Assembly (NCBI GenBank): GCA_004764695.1
Contig: SMSO01000031.1
Location: 2,518,436 to 2,582,435 of the forward strand
Length of the DNA stretch: 64,000 nt
Origin: Schizochytrium sp. TIO01
Taxonomy: Eukaryota; Protista; Bigyra: Labyrinthulomycetes
Direction: 5' to 3'
The position numbers and the translations under genes are program-made. The notes beneath the pieces were generated by a model that saw only the letters and a program-made list of their open reading frames with translations, did not search any database and had not been told where the DNA came from. Positions 1 through 11,831 of this stretch are shown here, one piece after another (the stretch's first letter is position 1; the number at the start of each line of letters is the position of its first letter).

Positions 1-2200
1 AAAAGTCTTGGCAGCCAAGATTTTTTATGCTTAGCAGGACCCATCCCACCCCTTGTAATGTTTTGGCTTCAAACGATACTTTTTGTTCCACTAGGAAATG
101 GGGGGTCCCACTGACCACGAAGCGTGTTGCAGTAAATCTACTTTTCCCTTTGAGTTCTCTCACTGACATTTGTAGTTTAATGAAAACAAGAACAATATCT
201 CTAGCGCAGTCATGGTGTCCTCCATGCCAGGCAGGCTACTGTGACTGAACGACCAGCCCACCAGCCAGTCAAGCCCTCAGAATAATATGTTGCTAACAAT
301 GTAGTTTTTTAATTGCACTCATATGCTTTAGGCCAATACTGCTTAAGAGCTGAAAAACACGCGATGTCTGTGTCTGCCCCCTTCTTCCAAGCTTTCCCTG
401 GCCGAGTTGGCTGGCCGTCCATCGCTGTCTCCAGGTGAGTAATGATCTACATGAAAGATGTCCTGAGTCTCTTACACACCTTGACTCCAAGAGTATATTG
501 CTCAACTGCAATCGTGCGGACGGCCAACAAATGAATATTGAGACACGACCGCTTCACAGCGTTGTGATTGGCCATACGCACACCGCACGCGGCAGAGTTC
601 AACAAATGCGTGTGCATCCTTTGGATTGTTAACTAAGCAAATGCAAAGGCACTGGCGTTTGGCCACAGCGTCCTAGGAGCTCGTTTTAGAGATCAAAACA
701 AACACGACTGTTTTGTCTTACCCACTTTCCCGTCTCGATAATGAATACTCCCAGTAACTCTTTCCGACGCTGCATGAGTTCCACCAATCCGTACTAGGTT
801 TAAATGAGTTTATGATGAATGCACAAATCGCCTTGCAGTGTGCTGCAATGTGAGCAAGACAATCCTGGTGTTTTAGATTCATCAGCTAACCAGCCTGATG
901 TGAATTAGGGATGATTAAAGTGTATCTTCCTTCTTTCTCGCAGGAACAACTGAATGGCTGGTTCTACTAGCTCCGCGACTCAGTATTACGAGTTGGGAAC
1001 TGGTTGAAGAAAACATCATGCTTAGCAAGAAGGCGTTGATTTGTCATGCGTCATTGTATTCCGCTTTCTGATATATATATTTAAAAGCTGTCGATCCCAC
1101 TCACCACAAATTAAAAGAAAAGGAATTGTACCTTGCCCAGTACAAAGAAAATGCGGAATGGTTGTTAAGAACATTGTGTTAAATTTGTTGCCAGTGCTAA
1201 AGCAAAAAAGATGAGTCCACTTCTTATTCCTTTTTATAAGAGGAAAGGTAATAGAAAATGATAGCTACTCGCCGTTTACACTTACTTACTCTTACAAATC
1301 TACCATATTGTCTGGAGAGAAAGGTGTTTCTTCGGAAGTCCGGAAATCCTTGTTTTCAATCTTTCCCAAAAGTTGAAATCCAGTAAAAGAAACATATTGC
1401 AGCCATTGAAGCGCTTGACGAGTTCCGCATGCTTCCATTAGTTTGTTGAACTCATTAAAGTATAAAGCGAGGTTTTCAGAATGTTGATGTGCTTTGCTCA
1501 AATTCAGTCATCCTGTGACAACATTGTGATGTATAACAAATGAAGGACATGTCATTGAAAAGATAAACCCAATAAATACAACACTGAGTAGGTGATAACC
1601 CAAACAAGTGAAGCATTCCTGCTCTAAACTAAACGCCGAAACGTCCATAATCACGGCATTCTCGACTGCCAGGAGGTTTTCTGGCTATCTCTAAGCCATA
1701 GTGCAAGCTGTACTTCCATGACCTGTACAGCGCTGCTTTCTTAGTAGGGACAGATGGAAGATGCCTCCACTATCATTTAATTGCACACAAGCTTCGATAG
1801 AAGTTCGTTGTAAATTCCGGCAACCCTGAAAATCTATGTGTTTTGACGATTCACTGCTTTGAAAGCTCCAATCAAAGAAGTTCCCAACTCTGGTGGATCC
1901 TCATTACCATGCTGCAAAAGGTGTCGATACTCCTGATCGGTAGATTTTATGCCAAATTGATTTAAATACCAATGTGGGTGGAAGAAATACCCCATGTTTC
2001 TTGAAATTGCTTCGTTCCATTAAACGAACAATTGGAGAAAGCGTACTTCTTTTGACCCGAATATTTCGCAAGAAAATTCTGGGCGTAAGGATCAAGCTTC
2101 CCGAGAGTGAATTACATCCTCGTGTAGTCATGGCGGTGCAGAAACCACGACATAGGACAAGGATGCTGTAGATAATGTTTCAACAAATAGATAACAAGTC
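1..2200 (-). pseudogene. Decayed transposase-like relic, possibly Kyakuja-Dileera-Zisupton (KDZ)/CxC type; may continue past the left edge
   Basis: Minus-strand peptide fragments broken by stops and frameshifts, in plausible KDZ order: CSFNG...HGVF...STPFAAW (~2030-1907), FTGFQLLGKIENKDF...SPDNMVD (~1390-1298), SCSHC...LCIH (~870-815), CFSALKQYWPKAYECN (~360-312), RE...FTATRFVV (~160-113). Family call is from remembered motifs; boundaries are approximate. Confidence 0.3.
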
Positions 2201-2594
2201 ACTCATGCTGAAAACAAAAGCAGACAATGTTGTACAACAATTCAGGCCCACAACATCCAAACGTCTGAAAGAGAATGATAATAAGGAAGATCAAATCAGT
2301 GACAGCTTAGTTGTAAGACTCCGGCTAAATACATTCAACGGAATGAACTAGCATACAGCGGAAATTCGCTGCCTTCCATGATCCAAACAGAAATGTAGCA
2401 GTGAGGTACTCCGATATTTTTTTTTAATTATTTTCTCATGAACAAATTTACAGATGTGAGGAATCCTCTCATCATCCTTCAAAGAAGACCCACAAATCAA
2501 AATAATCACCAGTGGCAACACACATACAGACAGAAAATGTGATCCAAATATGTGAGAACAAAATCCACACATGAGAAGAGTAAGCAAAGGGTAA

Positions 2595-4181
2595 CTACCG
2601 TTTACGAGAAAACACAGCAAGTGTTTCGATATGGTCAGCACCAGGAAATAAAACGTGACCTTTAGCAAAGTTGAGCTCAAAGCCCTGCTCCAGAAGCGAT
2701 GCGCAATCCCGCTGAAGTGCTTTGAATCCACAGGAGATGTATACAATCCGTTGTAAACGCCTTGATCGGACGAACGCGCGGATCACCTCATTATCAAGTC
2801 CTTTACGGGGTGGATCAACAATCACTGTATCAGCACGGTCCAACTCGCCACTCCGCACAACCTGTACAGCGTCACGTGGATCATAGGGCTTCACCTTACG
2901 GCGTAATTCGGTATTCTCAAGTCCCTCCACAGTTGCCCCAAAACAAATTCGGTTGTGAGGGTTTGCGTCACTGCAAGAAATTGTTTGTACCAGGTCCAAC
3001 ATATGCAAGCCTATCGTACCAACACCACCATACAGTTCCACAGTCACTGGTGTCTTTGAGGATGTTGCGTCGCCCTGAATCCACTTCCGGGCCTCGCCGA
3101 TGATCCCCGCGAAGGCTTCTGGGTTTGCTTGACGAAATACAGTCGGAGGAAACCGCAGAACTGGTAGATGGTATGGAACTTGCTTCCGCAAAGATACCAA
3201 TTGCTCTTCGATGAACTCCTTTCCCCAGATTCGTTCCCACACACCATCATAGGCGTAGATATTGTTATCATGACGTCCAGCTGGGTTACAATGCACCCAG
3301 AAAGAGTGAAGGAGAGGCTTCTTCCGGTCTGCCTTCTCTGCAGTTTTTATAAAGGCCAAGAGCTCTTCTGATGTCTTCCGTAGTTTGTCATCGATTGTTG
3401 CTTGATTGAATACGCACACTACCTGGACCTGATTGTGCTTAGTATCAGCATTAAGAGCGACATAGCTCAGCCCCCCAGGATTTACGCCATCGTAACCCCT
3501 TACGCCCACCTTAAGCGCTGCCTTATGCAGTAGAACTGAACCCTCATTAATTGCCGGATGCTGTGCGTCCGAGTGCAATAGCTCCGCAATTTCATGCGTG
3601 CCGGGCTTGAACATGCCAAACACAGGCGGGTTTCCACGGACCGCAAGCTTGGCACCTACGCGCCAGCCCGTCTTGCGTCCCAGCACAATGTCAAATTTGG
3701 GAAGCTTGCATGTCTGCGTAAAGAAAGACCTTGCCGCCAGGCAGATGGGTGCTCTCACCGGATTTGCAAAGTATTTCATGCTAGGATCCTCCACGTTGCC
3801 CTTCTTGGAGCCCTTCTTGCCCACATCTTTTGCACCTTTGCCAGTCTTGTTGTCGACAGAATCCACCTTGCGTCGTTTGCCGCCCCTGCGGTTTCCACGG
3901 TCGTCCCCAAACCCGGGCCCTCCGGATTTGGATTTCGCTCCACGATGAATCCCAGATGTCACCTCCACAGCAGCACCATCAGTCCCTTTGAGTTCTGTAG
4001 CTTTGCCCTTCTCTGGACGACCCTTTGACAGCTTTGAGTCGGCCCGCGACTCAGGTTGCTGTGGCCTTTTCCGCTTGCCGGAAGAGGAGGCCCTCTCGCC
4101 ACCTCCATCCTCGCCCAGCACGCGGCGCTTGTACGCCGCAAGGCGGTCCGCCGCCGAGAGCGGCTGCTTCTTGCCTGCCAT
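2595..4181 (-). CDS. RNA (uracil-5-)-methyltransferase, TrmA/RumA (RlmD) family, with a basic N-terminal extension
   Basis: SAM motif VELYGGVGTIG, FRQAN, VDPPRKGLD, catalytic YISCG, LFPGADHIET. Track start at 4289 is GTG; first ATG (MAGKKQP) is at 4181. Confidence 0.9.
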   Translation of the reverse strand: MAGKKQPLSAADRLAAYKRRVLGEDGGGERASSSGKRKRPQQPESRADSKLSKGRPEKGKATELKGTDGAAVEVTSGIHRGAKSKSGGPGFGDDRGNRRGGKRRKVDSVDNKTGKGAKDVGKKGSKKGNVEDPSMKYFANPVRAPICLAARSFFTQTCKLPKFDIVLGRKTGWRVGAKLAVRGNPPVFGMFKPGTHEIAELLHSDAQHPAINEGSVLLHKAALKVGVRGYDGVNPGGLSYVALNADTKHNQVQVVCVFNQATIDDKLRKTSEELLAFIKTAEKADRKKPLLHSFWVHCNPAGRHDNNIYAYDGVWERIWGKEFIEEQLVSLRKQVPYHLPVLRFPPTVFRQANPEAFAGIIGEARKWIQGDATSSKTPVTVELYGGVGTIGLHMLDLVQTISCSDANPHNRICFGATVEGLENTELRRKVKPYDPRDAVQVVRSGELDRADTVIVDPPRKGLDNEVIRAFVRSRRLQRIVYISCGFKALQRDCASLLEQGFELNFAKGHVLFPGADHIETLAVFSRKR

Positions 4182-6123
4182 CCCGACGATAACGACGGAT
4201 GGCCGAGGCACGGCCGCTGACCGCGATTGCGGTCTGCCGCACCCTCTAGAGATCACCTCGATACCGGGAGGAGCCCGGTGCTTAGCCACTTTGAGGAGTG
4301 CTAGCTTGAAGCCTAGTTTCCGCTCTGAGAATCTGTGCTTTTGACACCTTGAGCGCTTTCGATTGCCTTTCTTTGTTTGCCTTCGATGGCCATGCTTTGT
4401 TTGCGGAGGCCAAGGATTAGTACATATTAATGAAAACTATAAGGTGCCGGATTGCGTTCTCTCTACGTTCTCTCTTGCGCAAGCAGGCATATAGGAGTAG
4501 CTATAGGATGGTTAGGGTTGGGAAGTAGTAGTCATGGTTATTGGGGTACTATGCAGTGGAATTACAGGGTGTGGATTTCAAGGTGTTGAAATTATCACAA
4601 GGGGATTTGAGGTGATCGACTTCGATGATTGAAAGGTCTATGGATGAATAAAGATGGGAGGTGTCCAGGGGAGTGAATGGGAAAGCAGCACCGAGAAGCT
4701 AGAAAGTTTGGGATTGTGCCTAACAACTCTGGCGAAGGACTTTAGATGGAGTTTTTCATAAATCATGGTGAGAAATATTACCTAGGTAGTAGGTAGGCAG
4801 TGGTCATGTCCTAACTAGGAAATTGCGGGGAATGGATGTTGCAGAATTTATATACATCAACCTCAAGGTCATTGTTTGTCAGTGAAAGAGAATTTCAGAT
4901 GATGCAATGGGATATGAAGATTTGTAAAATGAGGAACTGTTTTGAAGGCTATGGAAATGTCTACTTTACAATAGGTCTTAGCAACGAGTTTTCGAAACAC
5001 GGATAGTCAGCTTGCTGAGAATGATATACTCTAGCTGAGCCTTTTGATGCGCTCTGACGCAGTGCACTTCAGCTCCTTGCCAACTTCTACCCCCTACCTA
5101 CTACTATATAAAACGAGCAAAACCCTATATGGCGAATAGTAAAAAGAAAGTCTTCAACTTTAGACGCACTTTACAGCCGCTTTAGCATGCACTTGATTCG
5201 CGCATAGGTAGAACAAAAAAAAGGAATTCTAGTAGGGTAAAAAAACCGTATTAGTACTGGCAATTTTCAGTTTGTATTCGACCATTTACTTTAATTCGGC
5301 TGTCCCATATTAAACTTATCAAAGTTTATCAGTTCTTGCATCCCCTTCATTAGGTTTGTATTCTAGGGCTTAAGTGCGCTAGACATTTGTACGAATATAA
5401 AGGTCAAGAAAAAAAAAAAAGTTGGATCTTTAGGAACTAATCAACCCAGATAAGCTGAAGATAAGACCAGTGCCGGTGACTTATATCCATGGAAAATCAA
5501 AAGACGATGTCTCTAGACCTTGCACATTGCCACTTAAAGATGGACATGTTTGGCAGTAACTTAGTCAATTAATCTATAAATAATTGGATCTCCATGAAAA
5601 AGGATACCCTACTTAGAAGTCATGGCAATATCTATGTCACCGCTTTCAAATCTCCCAACTGGATTGACGCACTTGAATTTGACATCATCGTTAAACCAGC
5701 GTCAACGAATTAAATATGCTGTCTCAAAGCATACATTCAGTGAGTATATCGGAGTATTGGTCGTCGTAAGCATCAACGGAGCATTTCCAATGGCATGATT
5801 GAAGGGAATCAAATTGAACGTCTTCAGTAGTTACGGAAGATGTATCGGAGAGACAAACTCTTAACCATCAGTCAGAGCTAAAAGCCCGGGATAAGGAAAT
5901 CAAGGAGGGCTATATCCGAACGTTTATACTCGCGGAAGGCGAAAGGCTAGGATAAGCTTTTCAATATTCGATAGGTAGTCGGCTGACTATGAAGCTGTTG
6001 CGGTGTTACCTTGGCACTGCATGTGCCAAGAAGTAAAGGCTCAGACAAACCGTGATGGTCTTTTAGACCTCATTCAAAACTACTGAGAAAAACACGAAAC
6101 AGATTAACCTAGTTCTACTTTAC

Positions 6124-6549
6124 TCAATTAAAAGTCCTCAGATGATAACCTTAATGTTTTAAATGCATAATCTTATACCTGCATTTAGGTGACTAGTTTT
6201 TCACTTCATTTTCGTCGGTGATTGTGTGATTCTTCATCAATTAAATTATGCATACCCTGGTAGTATCAATTAAAAGTCCTCAGATGATAACCTTAATGTT
6301 TTAAATGCATAATCTTATACCTGCATCTAGGTGACTAGTTTTTCACTTCGTTTTCGTCGGTGATTGTGTGATTCTTCATCAATTAAATTATGCATACCCT
6401 GGTAGTATCAATTAAAAGTCCTCAGATGATAACCTTAATGTTTTAAATGCATAATCTTATACCTGCATCTAGGTGACTAGTTTTTCACTTCGTTTTCGTC
6501 GGTGATTGTGTGATTCTTCATCAATTAAATTATGCATACCCTGGTAGTA
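6124..6549. repeat. Tandem triplication of a 142-bp AT-rich unit
   Basis: Units start TCAATTAAAAGTCCTCAG at 6124, 6266 and 6408. Copies 2 and 3 look identical; copy 1 differs at two positions (gcatTtagg vs gcatCtagg; cttcAtttt vs cttcGtttt). Confidence 0.97.
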
Positions 6550-7960
6550 TATGATGTCTTCTCAAAGAGCATTCTGAATAAAACTAATCTTAAGAATAAA
6601 TCGCTGTTCGAGTAGAGCCTAGACGTTAGGGGCTGCAATCGTAATCTCCAAGAGCACAAAGTATACATGTGCAGATGACAAAAGGTACTATTCGTTTCAG
6701 AATGTACCCTTTGATATTTGTTGGTTAAACTGTAAAGAGAATGAGAATGAGTAGGTGTATGTACGTGGTTAAAATTCAACAGTGATTTTGAATTCTAGAT
6801 AGAGTCAAGCAATAAGCCCTCAAATTCTATTTGAGGTCCATCCCATACTATGTATGCAGGTTATTTTATTAGATTGGCAGAAGTTAGAGCAAGGTCCCCG
6901 ACTCTGTATTCGACCCCATGGTCAATGTTCATCAAGTTGATATGCTACATGCCTTTCAAAAAGCTTGGTATGCCTAGGATTCCCTAAATTTACAATTTTG
7001 AGTCAACATTGCTCTTAAGAGTCTATGTTTTTTAAAACGTCACAGAGATAGATCACCTTGCTTGAGCCCGGGGTAACCTCAATCTAATAGATAGAGCAGG
7101 ATAACATAAATTAACAATATATGCATGACACTATCAAAGATGTCCAAAATAAGTTTTTTCGTTTTAAACCTCCAGTAAAGAAAAATCACTCGTTTGAGAC
7201 AAAGAACAAAGTTGCGTGGAACATTGAAAGGAGTCAATGCAGCCAGGAAACATCGATAAAGTTATAAAATAAGTAAACTCAGGAAGATAGTGATATAAGA
7301 CTGTCCAATATCAGAAGAATTATACAAGTAAAGCATTTTCTGACTCTTTCCAAGCATTTGAACTACTAAATTTCGAGAGAACCTTAAATGTATCTTCTCT
7401 AAAATCATAACTGCTGAGATTTCCGATCGAAGGAACTATGTGAAACTTAGAACAATAGGCTACTGAAATTTCATGAATTCTTATGATGCCTTTATCTTGT
7501 TCAGAGGGGTCGCCTAAGTTTTGTAAATCAGAAGACCAGTGCTGTAACATCCTTCTATAAAATGATATCTGAAGCTAACAATAGTGTATACAATAAAAAA
7601 TAAAGAACACTTGGAACCTCTCGTTAACATGGACGAATATAATAACTTGACTTTTTGGCGGAGGCAATTTTAGCCCGACCTACTATCATCAATATCTTCA
7701 CCATCAATCATGCAAGCGTGCCCAAACGTTTTGGTCAGGACCAATGGCCCTCACCCTCCCTTCCCACACCAAAGCAATCCCGTGTCTAAGTTCTGTAGCG
7801 CCCTTCACATTTTTTTCACAAATCCGGAGGTTTTACCCTACTACTATTGTGGGACTGACAGGTTCTGTCTGTCCTGCCATAGAGAGAGGGCTAAATAAGG
7901 AAGATGATAAACCAATGAGTAAGCACCAAAGCCGCTGCGAAGCTCGCAGAGCCAACCTCC

Positions 7961-9587
7961 ATGAGGCTACTCGTGGTCACAGGCGAGGCCTCGGGAGATT
8001 CATTGGCAGCTCGCGTTCTGACCTCCATCTTCAAAGCTCGCCCTGATCTAAAACAGCGCCTACAAGTTCGAGGGGTCGCAGGGTAAGTAATCTAATCAAA
8101 CGTTGCTGGATAAAGATAGCGGGCAGGCCCTGTGACTGGTTGTCTCCCGTTCGCGTAGGTCCTTTGTGTGCTTTGGAGCAGCCATTTTCCTGGGAAAACT
8201 GAAAATAAGACACACAAAGACGGGGCGGAAATCGGCATTCGATATTTCGAAGAATGGTACAGCTAACAGTAACACAAAAGCATTTTTTCAAATGGCTTAT
8301 TAATTTGACAGTCCCGCGCTGAGGAGTTTACTCGCATGGAAACCAGCTGGGGAAGATCCAAATGAGCTATTTCCTATGGAAGACCTTGCAGTGATGGGGC
8401 TTGGTAGTGTCATTCGCAAACTCCCAGACATATATATGAAACTACGTCGTCTTGAGCGTTTCTGCAAGCAAGAGTACTTCCCGGATATCGTACTCACTGT
8501 AGATTCAAAGGGTTTTAATTTGCGCTTGCAATCTCGTCTGGCAGGAGCCCCCTTCCATAGAATGCACGTGGTAGGCCCATCACCTTGGGCTCTGCGCCCC
8601 ATCGGGAAACCTGCTTCCCCACAGCCTATAAACCTTTCACATGCTGTTGACGACTTGTTTGTTTTGCTACCGTTCGAACCATCGTGGTATGTAGAGGAGA
8701 CTAGGTGTACATTTATGGGCCATCCAGCTGTGCAAGACGCCCTGCCAGACAAGGCGTTTGCTCCCTTCACGGGCTTAGTGCATGAGCAGGAGCTCGATAG
8801 GACCTTCAAAGTCAAACTGCCAACCCGAACTCCTGCATGCATGCCACCTGCAACATTTGTAAATGAGAATCCACTTGCGCCGTGGCAAACATTTGACAAT
8901 CTATTCGAAACCCCATTACCCCGCAATGCTCCGACATTCGTTTCTACTATGAAAGAATATACCATTGCTTTTTTTCCAGGAAGTCGTGAGCAAGAACTCC
9001 AATGGTCACTCCCATTGTTAGTTGAACTTGCGAGTCGTCTTCAAGATACTAATTGGCAATGGCAAATTTCAAGTACACCAAGTACAGCCAAAACAATCTC
9101 ACAATTTCTCTCAATGCAAAGCCCTAGTATTCGCGAGCAGTTCAAGGTAATTCATGACAAAGTATTGCTGTGCAACAATGCCGATGCAGCTGTTGCTGTT
9201 TCCGGCACAATTGCCTCCGAATTAGCTCTTCGCTACATCCCTACTCTTGTTGTTTACGATGCAGACTGGCTTACAAGAACTGCAGCTCCAATGCTAGCTC
9301 GTGTTAAACATGTATCTTTACCAAATATTTTGGCAGATCAAGCTCTTCTGCCAGAGTTTCTTTTTTCTCAATGCCAACCAGAGGTCATTGAGCCTACGCT
9401 TCGGTGCCTCCTCCCGCATCACAGCTGCCAGGAGCCTAAGTATCCACATGAAAAGCTCAGAGGCATTCTACCGTATATGGCAGCATGGGATGAGAGTTCT
9501 CAGCGGCCCATCCGTCCATCAGATGTAGTTGCGCATGCAATCATCAATCGCCTTGATAAGCTGGCTTCAAAACACCTTCACACTTAG
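7961..9587 (+). CDS. lpxB: Lipid-A-disaccharide synthase LpxB; exons 7961-8082 and 8312-9587
   Basis: Exon 1 reads MRLLVVTGEASGDSLAARVL...VRGVAG, the LpxB N-terminal GExSGD motif. A GTAAGT..ACAG intron (8083-8311) joins in frame to LFPMEDLAVMG, VDSKGFN, VGPSPWA, LLPFE, FMGHP, FPGSR, SGT and VSLPNILA. Confidence 0.92.
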
Positions 9588-11218
9588 CACTAAGGATCTT
9601 TATTGTTTGCGATTTTGATGGGTTTGTTGATTATATTTCGAATCTTAAATATGCTTGCAGCCACAGCTGCAGATTTAAAATGGTTTATTACAACTCCTTG
9701 TGCCGCAATCCTTGCTAAGTCTCCTTTTCTAGGTGTTTCACTGTCAGGAAATCTTGTGACTTGCATGAAATTATGCAAGTAAGGTGAATCAAGCTATTCA
9801 CGTTTTCGTGATTTTATAAAATAACCCCGAGTTCAAGATCAACCTTTTCTCCTACGTGCCAATTGCAGCCCCAAAGTTGCTACAGTACCCCCAGATCTTA
9901 ATGGCACAAGAAAACCATCTGCATTCCCACATGCCTATACTGGTAAAAAACCAGTCTCATAGCCAAGTGGTTAATATATCCAAAAATGTTCTGATTGTCT
10001 CAAGTTTCCATCCTCAGTTCCTGGCTTCATGTATGTAAGACCATGTGACAACACTTTCGGACCAAGGAAATATAGGTAACTGCTAGCTAAAACTATAGAA
10101 ATAGCCGCGTACAAGGCACAGTGCTTTTGGTAGTCCCTCTTAGTAATCCACTTTCTACCACAAACTGTAGTGCCTACTTACAGCGCGGAGCAGGTTTCTA
10201 ATAGATAGCATAGGCATCCATCCGTACGTAGCAATAAAAATAGCTTTGATTCTTGTCCATTTGCAGCAATGTTCTTCCGTCTGTACGAAAAGTTTGATCT
10301 ATTCTAGTGGAAACTCGCGAGTGGCATTTCCTGCACCTTAAAGACTCGTCGAAGGTACCTACTTTAGAGCAACCAACCTAGAGGGTCGTCCTAGAGTACA
10401 TACAACGAGCATTGCTTTCCTTAAAGAGCTGAATGACTCGTTGATTGAGACCATATTTTATTATTTTTTTAATTTTTTAATCTAATAAAATTAGACACCT
10501 ACTACTGATAACAATGAAGTACGTACGACTAACAATACTAGTACTGTTTAGTAGAGATAGTCATAGTAACACATTGGTAAGAGGAAAAACAAATATACGA
10601 AGAGAAACCTAGCGACGATCAATAATAAGCGCGTTCATTCCTCGAAAGGCCCACCGCGACAGCTCGCTCTGACGGCTCTTGCCGTTCCGCGACCGAAGTC
10701 TGCGCTGAGAAGGGTTCTCTGCCACGTGCGGGGAGGTTTCAGTGGCATCTCTGTAGCCGGCGGCGGTCGCTGAGAGCTGCGGCTTAAGCGAAGTCGAAGG
10801 GTCCGAGGAAGAAGGTCTTGCTTTTTATAACTCACGTACTCCGCAGGCACTATACATATTTACATACATACATACAAAGGATCATACAGCCAAGTGAGCT
10901 GCACGCTGAGCTCTTGGTAGCGGAGACCAGATTTTGGGCTCTATTGTTGTTAGGTGCAAATTTGAAGAAAATTTTGGGGTTTGCGAAGTTGGTGTGAAGA
11001 CCAGACAACACGTTAGACCTTTTGTTATATAGACAATAAGCGCTTCTTTGGATAGCTTTGCCGTAGCAACTTTCGGGTTTAATTTTGCATCAGACATTTC
11101 ATTTAAGCGAGACCTTGACACGTCGCTGTATTTTGTCTTGTGGGGTACAGGTCTGAATTTATCCAATTGAAAAGTTCTTCCGTTGACAAGCCACCAAACA
11201 GTCACCAAGTATCAAACT

Positions 11219-11473
11219 ATGGCTACGGCTCGTGCGGCAGCTGCCGCAGCAGCCCGCGCACGGGCAGCTCATGAGGAAGAACAAGCTATCAAACAGCTCG
11301 AGGTACAGCTCGACCTTACGCGAGACGCGATTCCGCCAGAAACTGCTTGCGCAGAAATCACGAAATATGTAAACGAACAAGCCAAAAAGGATTTTCTAAT
11401 GCGGACGACCGATGAGCCCAGCCCATGGCTCAACGAGGAAGCCTCGTCTAAACAGTGTTGCCTTATTCAATAA
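11219..11473 (+). CDS. Heterotrimeric G-protein gamma subunit (84 aa)
   Basis: IKQLEVQLDLTR...ACAEITKYV...DFL...SPW pattern, corresponding to DPL..NPF, and C-terminal CaaX CLIQ. First ATG at 11219; the track start is TTG. Confidence 0.85.
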   Translation: MATARAAAAAAARARAAHEEEQAIKQLEVQLDLTRDAIPPETACAEITKYVNEQAKKDFLMRTTDEPSPWLNEEASSKQCCLIQ

Positions 11474-11831
11474 AACCTGCCCGTCTGAGATCATAGTTAA
11501 ACGTCAAACATTTTTTTACACGACATTGGGCCGCTAAATCCGTCTGTCACATCCTACAACTAATACTTTCTAGAATGGAAAGGTGAGTCTGCTCTTTGTC
11601 ATAGTTTTGTTAATTGCTCAGATGAAGCCTTTCAATGACCTCATAATCAAGATGTGGGTATCCACTATACAACACAGTGTACGTTCTTACTGCATAACAT
11701 AAAAGTGTCGATGGTACGACGATTCAGGTTCAAAATTGGCTGGCGTCCATAGTTTTCATTCTGCTTCTTTTTCCGACAACTATTTGCTTTGAAAAGTAAA
11801 GGAGATAAAGTACTTCTTTTGTTAATATCGG

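Noticed and set aside
6124-6549. Repeat array as a CRISPR locus
   Set aside because: Units are contiguous and near-identical with no spacers; no cas genes; eukaryotic context.
8300-8965. 221-aa antisense ORF, and the similar antisense or alternate-frame ORFs inside the large genes
   Set aside because: Shadows of well-supported CDSs with no motifs of their own.
2595-9587. Methyltransferase plus lpxB as a recent bacterial HGT island or contamination
   Set aside because: lpxB has a spliceosomal intron, the methyltransferase has a eukaryote-like extension, and the genes are divergent and 3.8 kb apart with no operon structure.
9970-10340. Minus-strand splice-like signals (GTAAGT at 10181) suggesting a small gene
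   Set aside because: No convincing ATG-initiated spliced ORF or recognisable product.
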